DNA of 64,000 nt, from the NCBI GenBank assembly GCA_038208175.1, contig JBBQZA010000001.1, forward strand, positions 4,984 to 68,983, in the 5' to 3' direction. Under the pieces are notes generated by a model. It searched no databases and was not told the DNA's origin. It saw only the letters and a program-made list of their open reading frames with translations. This document shows positions 23,814 to 33,101 of the stretch, piece after piece. A program made the position numbers and the translations under genes. The DNA is from Burkholderiales bacterium (GTDB lineage Bacteria; Pseudomonadota; Gammaproteobacteria; Burkholderiales; Burkholderiaceae_C). Positions within the stretch are counted from its first letter, which is position 1. Each line of letters starts with the position of its first letter.

Positions 23814-24266
23814 CTAGTTTGAGTGCCCCAGCAGACCCGTCAGCAGCGCTGAACGCGGTGCTGCGAAGGGGTCCACCACCGTGACGCCGCGCCAGGTGAA
23901 CCCATCCTGAAAATCTTCACTTAACAGCAGCCGGCAATGGTTCTCTGCGGCAACCGCCAGGATCAGGGCATCCCACATCGGCAGTTGGTGATCAACCATC
24001 AGATCCAGAGCGGCCTGGAAAGCCGACCAGTTTGAATCGGCAACCTCGAAACTGTCGGCCCAGCCAAGCACGGCTTCCCGTGCCACTGTCGAGGTGCGCC
24101 TGGCCTTGCCGGTGAGTAGCCGAGTCAATTCGCCGAGCGTTTGCGCTGGCAGCACAACCGAGCCTGTCGGCAATTGCTCAATCAGACGCAGTGCCGCGCT
24201 GCAGCGGGTTTTGTCACCCAGACCTTCTGCATAGGCCAGGATGTTGGTGTCAAGAGCTGCCCGCAT
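23814..24266 (-). CDS. PIN-domain (VapC) toxin
   Basis: [20 protein letters not shown]. Confidence 0.9.
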   Translation of the reverse strand: MRAALDTNILAYAEGLGDKTRCSAALRLIEQLPTGSVVLPAQTLGELTRLLTGKARRTSTVAREAVLGWADSFEVADSNWSAFQAALDLMVDHQLPMWDALILAVAAENHCRLLLSEDFQDGFTWRGVTVVDPFAAPRSALLTGLLGHSN

Positions 24267-24268
24267 GA

Positions 24269-24505
24269 TCAGTCCTGGTACAGCTCATCGCGGGTCCAGG
24301 TCCGCGATCCTGATGCTTTGCGCCGACGCAAGCGCTCCAGCAGACCCAGCTTGGCAGCTTGGCGCTGAAGGTTTTCGCTTCCAACTGGCGAAATGGTGGC
24401 AACAGGTTTGCCACGCGAAAGAACGGTAATGACCTCACCCGTCGCGACATCGCGCAGCAAACTGGAAAAATGCCGATTGGCGTCAGCAGCGCTGATGGTT
24501 TTCAT
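24269..24505 (-). CDS. Phd/YefM family antitoxin
   Basis: MKTISAADANRHFSSLL...ITVLSRGKPVA; immediately upstream of the PIN gene. Confidence 0.9.
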   Translation of the reverse strand: MKTISAADANRHFSSLLRDVATGEVITVLSRGKPVATISPVGSENLQRQAAKLGLLERLRRRKASGSRTWTRDELYQD

Positions 24506-24518
24506 CTGAAATCCTTCT

Positions 24519-24539
24519 ATGTAGTGTTCAGCACTACAT
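24519..24539. promoter_or_regulatory. Palindrome ATGTAGTG-N5-CACTACAT, probable TA autoregulatory operator
   Basis: Perfect 8-bp arms 14 bp upstream of the antitoxin start. Confidence 0.65.
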
Positions 24540-24654
24540 TATGCTTGATTGACGGTGTTCGTCAAGCAGGCGCCCTGCCCTTGTCAATGGCGAAATCTGC
24601 AAAGCGGTTAGTCCCGGTTGCCAGCTGGGGTGACGGCATTGCAGGACCACGATG

Positions 24655-24772
24655 GCAGGAGCACTGCGGTGGGGCGCTCAGTGCAGCGAAATAAAGGAGG
24701 AGCCTTAGGCGGGGGACATTCGCGGAACTGAGTGCCCCACCGCAGTGCTCCGGGCCAAAGCCGGAGTGCTCC
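24655..24772. repeat. ~118-bp hairpin repeat element, copy 1 (25-bp inverted arms at 24658-24682 and 24727-24751)
   Basis: Near-identical inverted copy at 51816-51933. Confidence 0.85.
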
Positions 24773-24846
24773 GGCGCCCCACAGGGCGCCTCCCTCTCAG
24801 TGGGAGTGCACGGACCAAATAAACTTGACGAGCTCACATGGGTTTG

Positions 24847-25191
24847 TCAATCGTCAAGCACACTTTGCAGGCAGGAGAGTACCTCTTGCACCACCGCTGC
24901 GGGGGCACGTTCGACCAGACTTGCCCTGCGCGATGCCCAGTCAAGTGACTTGATCTGGTGGGCGTGAACCTGCCCATCAGTGCGCAAACCATGCCCCATC
25001 AGCGATACCAGAAAACCAGCACTGCGGGCAGCATCTGCAACCCCACCGGAGATCGGACACAGCATGGCCAGCTTGAATCGCGCGTTGAAGGCACGGGGTG
25101 AGACAACCAGACAGAAATGGTTGCCTTTCATTTCCCGACCGCTGCTCGGGTCAAATGCCAGGTGCAGGATGTCGCCGCGATCAGGTGTCAC
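24847..25191 (-). CDS. MazF/PemK family toxin (GTG start coupled to antitoxin stop)
   Basis: PDRGDILHLAFDPSSGREMKG.H.CLVVS, CPIS, QIKSLDW. Confidence 0.88.
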   Translation of the reverse strand: MTPDRGDILHLAFDPSSGREMKGNHFCLVVSPRAFNARFKLAMLCPISGGVADAARSAGFLVSLMGHGLRTDGQVHAHQIKSLDWASRRASLVERAPAAVVQEVLSCLQSVLDD

Positions 25192-25430
25192 AGCTCGGAT
25201 CCGACCGGTCCCAGTTCGTCCCAACCCTTGGCACGGCACAAACCGCGCGGCGTCGCGTCCAATAGCGCGGTCAGGGTTCGGCGCGCTCGCTGGGGCTTGA
25301 TCTTGAGTTCGTCGCCGACGATTTCGATGGCCAGCCGCGAGCCGGCGTCCAGGTGGTTTTGTTCCACGTACGAAAGCGGCACCGTCATGATGTAAGAGCC
25401 GCCTGAACGGCGTAGCGATGCGTGCAGCAT
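25188..25430 (-). CDS. AbrB/MazE family antitoxin
   Basis: LRRSGGSYIMTVP swapped-hairpin motif; 80 aa from ATG 25430 (C-terminal part of track ORF 25188-25769). Confidence 0.88.
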   Translation of the reverse strand: MLHASLRRSGGSYIMTVPLSYVEQNHLDAGSRLAIEIVGDELKIKPQRARRTLTALLDATPRGLCRAKGWDELGPVGSEL

Positions 25431-25486
25431 GGCGTCCTCCAAAGTTTTACAGAAGTATAACTCGAGATAGTCTTTCACAACCATGC

Positions 25487-26086
25487 TCAGAAAGGCCAGA
25501 CGACGCCGTTGTCGTTCAGGATGGCGTCCAGCGGCATGTCGTGCGGCTCGGCCTCGAAATCCGGCAGGAAGGCGTTGGCAAAGCCGAGCCCCACGGTAAA
25601 AGGACGCGGCTGCAGCTTGGCCAGCATGCGGTCGTAAAAACCACCGCCATAGCCCAGCCGATAACCGCCGGCGGCATAACCGACACAGGCGACAAATAGC
25701 AGCGTCGGCACGATGACCTCGGTGTCCTTTGGCTTTGGAATGCCATAGGCGTCCTCTTCCATCGGGCAACCCGGGTACCAGGCATGAAAAGTCATGCTCT
25801 TGTGCACCTTGTCCACCACTGGCAAACCGATGCGGCGCGGTTGCGCTTGCTCCAGCAATTCGCCGTCTTCCTTCCAGCGGTGCAAGGCCGGCAAAGGATC
25901 AAATTCGCCCTTGATCGGCCAATAGGCACCGATAACCGCGTCGGGGCGTCCCACCAGCCAGATACGCATCACGCGCTGCAAAAGATCGGCGCGTTGTAGT
26001 CGGTCTGGCAGGTTCAGACGTTGTTCAACCAGGCGCTGGCGCAGGGCTTTTTTTTCTTGCGCTTTTTTCTCGGCAGAGTTATCCAT
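25487..26086 (-). CDS. 5-formyltetrahydrofolate cyclo-ligase
   Basis: YWPIKGEFD, RLGYGGGFYDR, D.PLDAIL; ygfA/fau family. Confidence 0.93.
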   Translation of the reverse strand: MDNSAEKKAQEKKALRQRLVEQRLNLPDRLQRADLLQRVMRIWLVGRPDAVIGAYWPIKGEFDPLPALHRWKEDGELLEQAQPRRIGLPVVDKVHKSMTFHAWYPGCPMEEDAYGIPKPKDTEVIVPTLLFVACVGYAAGGYRLGYGGGFYDRMLAKLQPRPFTVGLGFANAFLPDFEAEPHDMPLDAILNDNGVVWPF

Positions 26087-26095
26087 AATCTCCAC

Positions 26096-28099
26096 ATGCA
26101 GTTTCATCCTATTTTGACATCGTTTGCGCTCACAGCCTGCCTCAGCCTGTCTGCGTTCTCAGCGACAAACGCCCAGACCGCAACGCCCGGCAAGGCGACG
26201 CCGGATGCCTTGATGCTGGAAATGAACCAGGCGTTCAAGAAGGGTGACAGCAGGCGTCTGACGGCGCTGCTACCCCAGGCACGGGGTCATACCCTGGAGC
26301 CCTGGGCGGCCTACTGGGAACTGCGCGTGCGCCTTGAGACCGCGGCGCCGGATGAGGTGCAGCAATTCTTCGCCCGATATGCCGGCACCTACCAGGAAGA
26401 CCGCTTGCGCAACGACTGGCTGCTGCTGCTGGGGCAGCGCCGCTACTGGTCCGACTTCGCGGCCCAGCAGCCACTGTTTCGAATGAGCGACGATCGCGAA
26501 GTGCGCTGCTACAGCCTGGCGCTGGAACCGCTGTCGGACAGCCCGGAATTGGCGAACGAATTCAAACGCCAGTGGTACGCACAAAAAGAGCTTGACGACG
26601 GCTGCTCCTATGCCGCAGGGCGCCTTTACGCGGCAAAGCGCTTGAGCGAGGCCGATGTCTGGCGCAAAGCGCGGCTGGCGATGGAGGCGAATCGACCCAA
26701 AGCCGCCAAATCAGCCGCTGCCATCATCTCAGCGGCTGCCGCGACCCCGATCGACGAAATCAACGGCAACGCAGCGCGCTACCTGTCCAAGCGCGTCGTC
26801 GCCTTTCGTCGCGTCGCCAGGGAATCGGTGGTGCTGGCCCTGATTCGAATGGCGGGCAGCGACCCCGACGCTGCCGCCAGCGTACTCGACGCCCACTGGA
26901 GCGTCCATCTGAGCCCGGAACAGCGATCCTGGGCCTGGAGCGTGATTGGCAAGCAGGCGGCACAGCGACTTTCAGGCGTCGCCAGCGACTATTTTTCGAA
27001 GGCCCACGACAGCGATCTGGACGACGACCATCTGGGCTGGAAAGTTCGCGCCGCGCTGCGCCCGGGCCATTGGAAGACCGTGCTGGAAGCGATCCGGGCA
27101 ATGAGCCCACAAGCGCGTCAGGAGGCCACCTGGGTCTATTGGCAAGCGCGCGCGCTGCTGCAGTTGGCCAAGTCGGAGCCGGATCGCGCCGAGGCCACCC
27201 AATTGCTGCAAAGCATTGCCGGCGTGCGTGGTTTCTACGAACAGATGGCGCTCGAAGAACTGGGCCAACGCATCAGCGTGCCGGCGCGACCTGCCGCTTT
27301 GACGATGCAGGAAAAAGACAGTGCCGGCCTGAACGCCGGCTTGAACCGTGGCCTGTACGCGATTCAGATTGGTTTGCGTCCTGAGGGTGTGCGCGAGTGG
27401 AACTACCACACCAACCTGCACAGCCGCGGCGGCCTGAGTGACCGTGAACTGCTGGCAGCCGCCGATCTGGCCTGCCAGCGTGAAGTCTGGGACCGCTGCA
27501 TTGCCACCAGCGAGCGGACCAAATCCCTGATCGACTTCGAGCAGCGCTTTCCGATGCCACACAAGAACGCCCTGCTGCAAAGGACGAAACAGACTGGACT
27601 CGACCCGGCTTTCGTCTATGGCCTGATCCGCCAGGAAAGCCGCTTCGTCATGGATGCGCAGTCGGGTGTCGGCGCCTCCGGCCTGATGCAGCTGATGCCG
27701 GCCACCGCGCGCTGGACGGCAAAGAAGATTGGCCTGACAGAGTTCAAGCCGCAGCAGATCAACGATCGCGATATCAACATCGCCGTCGGTACTGGCTATC
27801 TGAAACTGGTGCTCGATACCTTTGACGGTTCCATGCCGCTCGCCGCTGCCGCCTACAACGCCGGCCCAAGCCGCTCCAGAAGCTGGCGCGGCCAGAGCGG
27901 CGCACCTCGGTTTGAAGCCGCGATCTGGGCCGAGAACATCCCCTTTGCCGAGACCCGCGATTACGTGAAAGAGGTGCTGGCCAACACCACCAACTACGCG
28001 GCGCTGATCAGCGGCGAAGCGCAGTCGCTCAAGAGTCGCCTTGGGCAGATCGGCCCCAAAGATGCCAGCGCAGCGGAGCCCAACCCTGATTTACCTTAA
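26096..28099 (+). CDS. slt: Soluble lytic murein transglycosylase (Slt70-like)
   Basis: IRQESRF, GASGLMQLMP, AAYNAGP, ETRDYVK; start inferred at ATG 26096. Confidence 0.92.
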   Translation: MQFHPILTSFALTACLSLSAFSATNAQTATPGKATPDALMLEMNQAFKKGDSRRLTALLPQARGHTLEPWAAYWELRVRLETAAPDEVQQFFARYAGTYQEDRLRNDWLLLLGQRRYWSDFAAQQPLFRMSDDREVRCYSLALEPLSDSPELANEFKRQWYAQKELDDGCSYAAGRLYAAKRLSEADVWRKARLAMEANRPKAAKSAAAIISAAAATPIDEINGNAARYLSKRVVAFRRVARESVVLALIRMAGSDPDAAASVLDAHWSVHLSPEQRSWAWSVIGKQAAQRLSGVASDYFSKAHDSDLDDDHLGWKVRAALRPGHWKTVLEAIRAMSPQARQEATWVYWQARALLQLAKSEPDRAEATQLLQSIAGVRGFYEQMALEELGQRISVPARPAALTMQEKDSAGLNAGLNRGLYAIQIGLRPEGVREWNYHTNLHSRGGLSDRELLAAADLACQREVWDRCIATSERTKSLIDFEQRFPMPHKNALLQRTKQTGLDPAFVYGLIRQESRFVMDAQSGVGASGLMQLMPATARWTAKKIGLTEFKPQQINDRDINIAVGTGYLKLVLDTFDGSMPLAAAAYNAGPSRSRSWRGQSGAPRFEAAIWAENIPFAETRDYVKEVLANTTNYAALISGEAQSLKSRLGQIGPKDASAAEPNPDLP

Positions 28100-28111
28100 G
28101 TGGAGAACCTG

Positions 28112-28795
28112 ATGCTGAAACTGATCATTGGCAACAAAAACTATTCATCCTGGTCGATGCGGACCTGGGTGCTGCTGACGCAGGCCGATATTGCGTTTGA
28201 AGAAGTGATGGTCCGCTTCGACGCGTTCGATGCCGGCTCGAACTTCAAGAAAACCGTGTCGGCCTTGACCCCGACCGGTAAGGTACCGCTGCTGCTGGAT
28301 GACAAGCTGGTGATCTGGGACACGCTGGCGATTGCACAATACCTGGCGGAACAATTTCCCGACAAGCAACTGTGGCCGACGGAAAAGTCGGCGCGTGCCC
28401 GGGCGCGCAGCATTTGCGCTGAAATGCATGCCGGCTTCAGCGCGTTGCGCAGCCATTGCCCGATGAATATCGAGGCTTCGCTGCCGGAGGTTGGCGCCCT
28501 GATCTGGCGTGACAAGCCAACGGTGCGCTCTGATGTGCAGCGTCTGGTGAGCATGTGGCAAGAGCTGCTGACAGAACATGGCGGGCCGCTGCTGTTTGGA
28601 AGTTTCACCATAGCCGACGCCTACTTCGCCCCGATTTGCACACGCCTTAAAACCTACGCGCTACCGGTGCCCCCAGTGATTGCCGCTTATGTGGAGAGGG
28701 TCCACGCCTTGCCCGGGGTTCAGGCCTGGATTGCCGGTGCACTGGCCGAGCAGGACTTTCTGCCCTTCGAAGAGCCGTATCGGCTGAAACGTTGA
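28112..28795 (+). CDS. Glutathione S-transferase family protein
   Basis: GNKNYSSWSMR, PTGKVP, WDTLAI, AEMHAGF. Confidence 0.9.
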   Translation: MLKLIIGNKNYSSWSMRTWVLLTQADIAFEEVMVRFDAFDAGSNFKKTVSALTPTGKVPLLLDDKLVIWDTLAIAQYLAEQFPDKQLWPTEKSARARARSICAEMHAGFSALRSHCPMNIEASLPEVGALIWRDKPTVRSDVQRLVSMWQELLTEHGGPLLFGSFTIADAYFAPICTRLKTYALPVPPVIAAYVERVHALPGVQAWIAGALAEQDFLPFEEPYRLKR

Positions 28796-28796
28796 G

Positions 28797-30068
28797 ATGC
28801 AGATTTACCTGGTCGGCGGTGCGGTACGTGATGCCCTGCTCGGGCTGCCGATGCAAGACCGCGACTGGGTGGTGGTGGGAGGCACGCCCGAGGCGCTGCT
28901 GCAGAAAGGCTTCCTGCCGGTCGGCAAGGATTTCCCGGTATTTTTGCATCCGAAAACCGGCGAAGAGTTTGCGCTCGCGCGCACCGAGCGAAAAACTGCG
29001 CCCGGCTACCGCGGCTTCCACGTCCATGCGGCACCGGATGTAACGCTGCAGGAGGATTTGGCGCGGCGCGATCTGACGGTCAACGCGATTGCGGTTCGAG
29101 CTGACTGGGCCGAAATTGAAACCCAGACCGATCTGAGAGAAGCGAAGTTTATCGATCCCTATGGCGGACGTCAGGATCTGGCGCACAAGGTGTTTCGTCA
29201 CGTGACCGAGGCCTTTCGCGAGGACCCGGTGCGCATCCTGCGCGTGGCCCGGCTGGCGGCGCGTTTTGCCGACTTCACAGTGGCGCCGAAGACGATGCAT
29301 TTGATGTTTGAGATGGTGCAGGCTGGCGAAGCCGACCATCTGGTGCCGGAACGGGTCTGGCAGGAGCTGGCCAGAGGCTTGCTCGAGGACACGCCGTCGC
29401 GCATGTTCTCGGTGTTGCGCGATTGTGGTGCGCTGGCGCGCCTGCTGCCTGAGGTGGACCGGCTGTGGGGTATCTCGCAGCGCGCCGATTACCACCCCGA
29501 AATTGACACCGGCGTGCATCTGATGCTGGTACTCGACATGAGCGCCCGCTTGAAAGCCTCGCTGCCGGTGCGCCTGGCCTGCCTGTTCCACGACCTGGGA
29601 AAGGCGACGACGCCGACCACTTTGCTGCCGAAACACCACGGCCATGAAGAGCGCGGCGCGCGTCTGCTGCAAGGCATCTGCCAGCGGCTGCGGGTACCGA
29701 CCGAATGCGCTGAACTGGCCGACGTGGTGGCGCGCGAACATGGCAACATTCACCGCAGCGGCGACCTGGGTGCTAGCGCGCTGGTGCGGCTGCTGCAGCG
29801 CTGCGACGCCTTTCGTAAACCGGAGCGCTTCGCCGACGTGCTGCTGGCCTGCGAATGCGATGCGCGCGGCCGACTCGGTCACAGTGAATCGGCTTATGCG
29901 CCAACGCCACGATTGTTGGCGGCCTTGTCGGCGGCGCTTGCGGCGCCCACCCATGCCATCGCCGAAAACGCTGTTGCCGCTGGCACCCAGGGCAAGCGCA
30001 TTGGCGAAATGATTTTGCAAGCACGGGTGGCAGCGGTGCAGCGTTATATCGAATCCCTTTCAGAATGA
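28797..30068 (+). CDS. cca: Multifunctional CCA tRNA nucleotidyltransferase (with HD domain)
   Basis: YLVGGAVRD, DRDWVV, DL.RRDLT.NA, EDP.RILR, HPEIDTG.H, HDLGK. Confidence 0.97.
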   Translation: MQIYLVGGAVRDALLGLPMQDRDWVVVGGTPEALLQKGFLPVGKDFPVFLHPKTGEEFALARTERKTAPGYRGFHVHAAPDVTLQEDLARRDLTVNAIAVRADWAEIETQTDLREAKFIDPYGGRQDLAHKVFRHVTEAFREDPVRILRVARLAARFADFTVAPKTMHLMFEMVQAGEADHLVPERVWQELARGLLEDTPSRMFSVLRDCGALARLLPEVDRLWGISQRADYHPEIDTGVHLMLVLDMSARLKASLPVRLACLFHDLGKATTPTTLLPKHHGHEERGARLLQGICQRLRVPTECAELADVVAREHGNIHRSGDLGASALVRLLQRCDAFRKPERFADVLLACECDARGRLGHSESAYAPTPRLLAALSAALAAPTHAIAENAVAAGTQGKRIGEMILQARVAAVQRYIESLSE

Positions 30069-30078
30069 GACCTGACCG

Positions 30079-31209
30079 ATGACCCGGATTGTTGGCCACA
30101 TTCTTACGCCTGACGGCTTTGTCAGTGGCGAGATAGAGTTTGGCGAAGATGGCCGCGTGCTGACGCTGGTTGGCCAAGCGGTGGGAGAAGGAGCGGTGCG
30201 CGACTCCCGTCTGCCGCTGCTGCTACCCGGTTTTGTTGATCTGCATGTGCACGGAGGCGGTGGTCACGACATCATGCAAGGCGGCGATGCGATGCTGCGC
30301 GTCAGCGAGTTGCATGCGCGCCATGGCACGACGGCCTTGCTGGCCACCACCATGACCGCGCCCGCGCATGATCTGGAGTTGGCGTTTAGGGCCATGCGTG
30401 CCTTGGGTTCACAGCGCCGGCCGACTGCCGCGCGGGTCCTGGGGGTGCATCTGGAGGGTCCGTTCATCAACCAGGCCAAGCTCGGCGCCCAGCCTGATTT
30501 CGCTCGACCGGTTCAGATGAGCGAGCTGCTGCACCTCAACGAGCTGTTCCCGATCCGCCTGATCACGTTAGCGCCCGAGGTGCCGGGCAATACGGACCTG
30601 ATTGAATCCCTTTGCGCAGCCGGTTTTCGTGTTCAACTTGGCCACACACTCGGTACTTATGAACAGGGCCTGCTGGCGCTGTCCAAAGGTGCCGGCAGCT
30701 TCACCCATTTGTTCAATGCCATGAGCGCACTGGACCATCGCGCTCCTGGCATGGTCGGGGCCGCGCTGGCCCACGCCGATTTCGCCGAAATCATTCCTGA
30801 TCTGATCCATGTTCATCCCGGCGCCATTCGCGTTGCCTTGCGCGCCATTCCGGGTCTTTATTGCGTAACCGATTCGACCGCCGCTGCCGGCATGCCCGAT
30901 GGCGAATACCGCTTGGGTCGTCATAGCGTGACCAAGTGCCTGGGTGGCGTGCGTCTGGCTGACGGCACGCTGGCCGGTTCGACGCTGACCATGGATCAGG
31001 CGTTCGCCAATCTGGTCAACGAGCTCGGTCTGAGCCTGGCGCAGGCCTCCTCGCGTGTCTCCACGCATGCTGCCGACTATCTGGGACTCACCGATCGGGG
31101 TCGTCTGGCCGCCGGCTGCTGGGGCGATGCGGTGCTGCTGGACCGCGACTTCAAACTGCTCGATGTCTTTGTCGAAGGAAAGTCCATCGACCACCCAGAT
31201 GCTGATTGA
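30079..31209 (+). CDS. nagA: N-acetylglucosamine-6-phosphate deacetylase
   Basis: PGFVDLHVHG, HLEGPF, THLFNAM, LAGSTLTMD. Confidence 0.93.
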   Translation: MTRIVGHILTPDGFVSGEIEFGEDGRVLTLVGQAVGEGAVRDSRLPLLLPGFVDLHVHGGGGHDIMQGGDAMLRVSELHARHGTTALLATTMTAPAHDLELAFRAMRALGSQRRPTAARVLGVHLEGPFINQAKLGAQPDFARPVQMSELLHLNELFPIRLITLAPEVPGNTDLIESLCAAGFRVQLGHTLGTYEQGLLALSKGAGSFTHLFNAMSALDHRAPGMVGAALAHADFAEIIPDLIHVHPGAIRVALRAIPGLYCVTDSTAAAGMPDGEYRLGRHSVTKCLGGVRLADGTLAGSTLTMDQAFANLVNELGLSLAQASSRVSTHAADYLGLTDRGRLAAGCWGDAVLLDRDFKLLDVFVEGKSIDHPDAD

Positions 31210-31212
31210 AGG

Positions 31213-32106
31213 ATGAAGATTCAACTGCTGTCCGATCTGCACCTTGAGGTTCATCCGCATTGGGTGGCCACCCCTGCAGCGCAAGCCGATCTGCTGGTTT
31301 TGGCCGGCGACATCGGTTCCTATCAAGCAGGCTCACAATTGGCGGATCAGGACTTTGGCCTGTCGCGCTTTTCGCCCAAGCATGGTTGGCCCACACCGGT
31401 GTTGTTTGTACCCGGCAATCACGAATACGATGCTCAGGACTTTGATCTGGCCCATGCCCGCTTGTTTGAGACCTGCGAGCGACTCGGCATTGGCTGGCTG
31501 GAGCGGGAAGTCATAACCTTCCCGGCCAGAGATGGCAAGCCGGTTCGTTTTATTGGCACGACCTTGTGGAGCGACTTTGACGCCCTTGGCCCAGCCGCGA
31601 ACGCAGTCGAGACCGGCACTGTGGCGCTGTTGACGCAACAACTCAAAGCGCGCGACAAGGCATTTCGGGCAGCCAACTATTACCTGAAAAAAACCGGCAC
31701 CTTGCGCCATGGCCAGCCGATGCTGGCAGAACAGGTGCGCGAACAGGCTTTGGCGTGCCAGGAGTGGCTGGCGAAGGCATTGCTTGAACCGTTCGACGGC
31801 AGCACCGTGGTGGTGACGCATTTCGCACCCAGCCTGATGAGTGCCGACCCACGCTACGGGCTGACGCCGGGCAGTGCCGGATTCTGCAACGCCCTGGATG
31901 CGTTGCTGGCGCAGGCCCAGTTTTGGCTGCATGGTCACCTGCATGCACCCAGCAACTACATCCACGGCGGCTGTCGTGTCATTGCCAATCCTTTGGGCTA
32001 TGCCCGAAAGAACGAACAAAATGCTTTTCAGGCAACGCTCTGCATTGATCTCTGTCGCCGGCAACAGCTACACCAGGAAAATGCTGGCTTACCTGGTCGC
32101 GCATGA
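31213..32106 (+). CDS. Calcineurin-like metallophosphoesterase
   Basis: SDLHLE, LAGDI, GNHEY, VTHFAP, HGHLH; the last ~17 aa run into the usp gene. Confidence 0.88.
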   Translation: MKIQLLSDLHLEVHPHWVATPAAQADLLVLAGDIGSYQAGSQLADQDFGLSRFSPKHGWPTPVLFVPGNHEYDAQDFDLAHARLFETCERLGIGWLEREVITFPARDGKPVRFIGTTLWSDFDALGPAANAVETGTVALLTQQLKARDKAFRAANYYLKKTGTLRHGQPMLAEQVREQALACQEWLAKALLEPFDGSTVVVTHFAPSLMSADPRYGLTPGSAGFCNALDALLAQAQFWLHGHLHAPSNYIHGGCRVIANPLGYARKNEQNAFQATLCIDLCRRQQLHQENAGLPGRA

Positions 32107-32458
32107 TGAATTGTTTGCGCAGGGCCACGACTACACGGTGTTCACGGTCCAGCCACAGTTGCCAGCGCGGGCACGGGCGGCTGTCGGCAAGGAAGTGGTC
32201 AACCAATACCATGCCGATGAAGCGGAAAAAATATTGGCACCGGTGACCAAGTTTTTGCTGCGCCATGGCATTGACGCCAACAGCAACTGGAAGGTCGGCC
32301 ACGCCGGTGAGAGCATCTCCAAACTGGCCGAAAGCGGCGGCTTCGATCTGGTGATCATGGGCTCGCACGGCCACAGCACGCTGTTCAACCTGGTGATGGG
32401 CTCGGTCGCGACCCAGGTGCTGGCGCATTGCAGGGTGCCGGTGCTGCTGGTGCGCTGA
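32045..32458 (+). CDS. Universal stress protein, 5' end apparently eroded
   Basis: SYTRKMLAYL, DLVIMGSHG, GSVATQVLAHCRVPVLLVR; expected MKILLAVDG start is replaced by LISVAG (TTG 32045). Confidence 0.75.
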   Translation: MISVAGNSYTRKMLAYLVAHDELFAQGHDYTVFTVQPQLPARARAAVGKEVVNQYHADEAEKILAPVTKFLLRHGIDANSNWKVGHAGESISKLAESGGFDLVIMGSHGHSTLFNLVMGSVATQVLAHCRVPVLLVR

Positions 32459-32542
32459 GCGCCGGTTGGAGCGACACATCGGCACCCGCCGCCGATCAGC
32501 GCAATCGTCATCGACGCGCGCAGGCAAGGTTGACAGCGCGCG

Positions 32543-32602
32543 TTACAACGTTGGCGGTCACCGGGGAGCCGAAGGCGAGTCCAGTGGACCAACCGGTTAG
32601 CC
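32543..32602 (-). other. attC site (60 bp)
   Basis: Minus strand GGCTAAC-CGGTT-GGTCCAC...GTGACC-GCCAAC-GTTGTAA; extra base in L''; DUF2442 stop codon lies inside R''. Confidence 0.8.
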
Positions 32603-32854
32603 AGCTGCGCCCGAGACCAGCGGGAATGCCGCCGGATTACGTATGGACTGAACCGACAAGTCGACGTCCAACCCCGGCCAATAAAGATGGTCAGGGGTAG
32701 GCCACTGAACTTCTGATATTTGCTCAATCGTGGCCTTTCGAAACCAAGGGAATTGGTCGAAGGGTACGAGCAGTTCTTCATCGGAAAGCAGAAGCCAGAA
32801 ACCATGCTTCGACACGTGGGTGACTTCAGCCGCCGAAATGGTGGGTCCAGGCAT
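32597..32854 (-). CDS. DUF2442-family protein (putative TA partner)
   Basis: EVTHVSKHGFWLLL...VPF..FPWF...WP.LDVDL. Confidence 0.8.
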   Translation of the reverse strand: MPGPTISAAEVTHVSKHGFWLLLSDEELLVPFDQFPWFRKATIEQISEVQWPTPDHLYWPGLDVDLSVQSIRNPAAFPLVSGAAG

Positions 32855-33065
32855 CTTGGATCTCCTTTAAGTGCGCGTTCACAACTGCTTGCGCTTGACG
32901 AATTTGCGTCGCGGAAAGACCAGTATGGTTAGCCAACGTCACTTGCGGAAGAAGCCAGAACTTGGCCTCGCCGTCTGCATGCGCAACATGCACGTGAACG
33001 CGCGTCTCTTCGCGAGAAAAGAAGAAGAGGCGAAACTGACCGTCACGAACAATGGTTGGCGCCAT
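32826..33065 (-). CDS. DUF4160-family protein (putative TA partner)
   Basis: MAPTIVRDGQFRLFFFSREE.R.HVHV....GEAKFWL. Confidence 0.85.
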   Translation of the reverse strand: MAPTIVRDGQFRLFFFSREETRVHVHVAHADGEAKFWLLPQVTLANHTGLSATQIRQAQAVVNAHLKEIQDAWTHHFGG

Positions 33066-33101
33066 GTCGGTACTGTAACCAACTTTCGCTCCAGCAGGCT
33101 A

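Noticed and set aside
26086-26110. 6S RNA upstream of the ygfA-family gene
   Set aside because: There is no room: slt starts divergently about 10 bp away.
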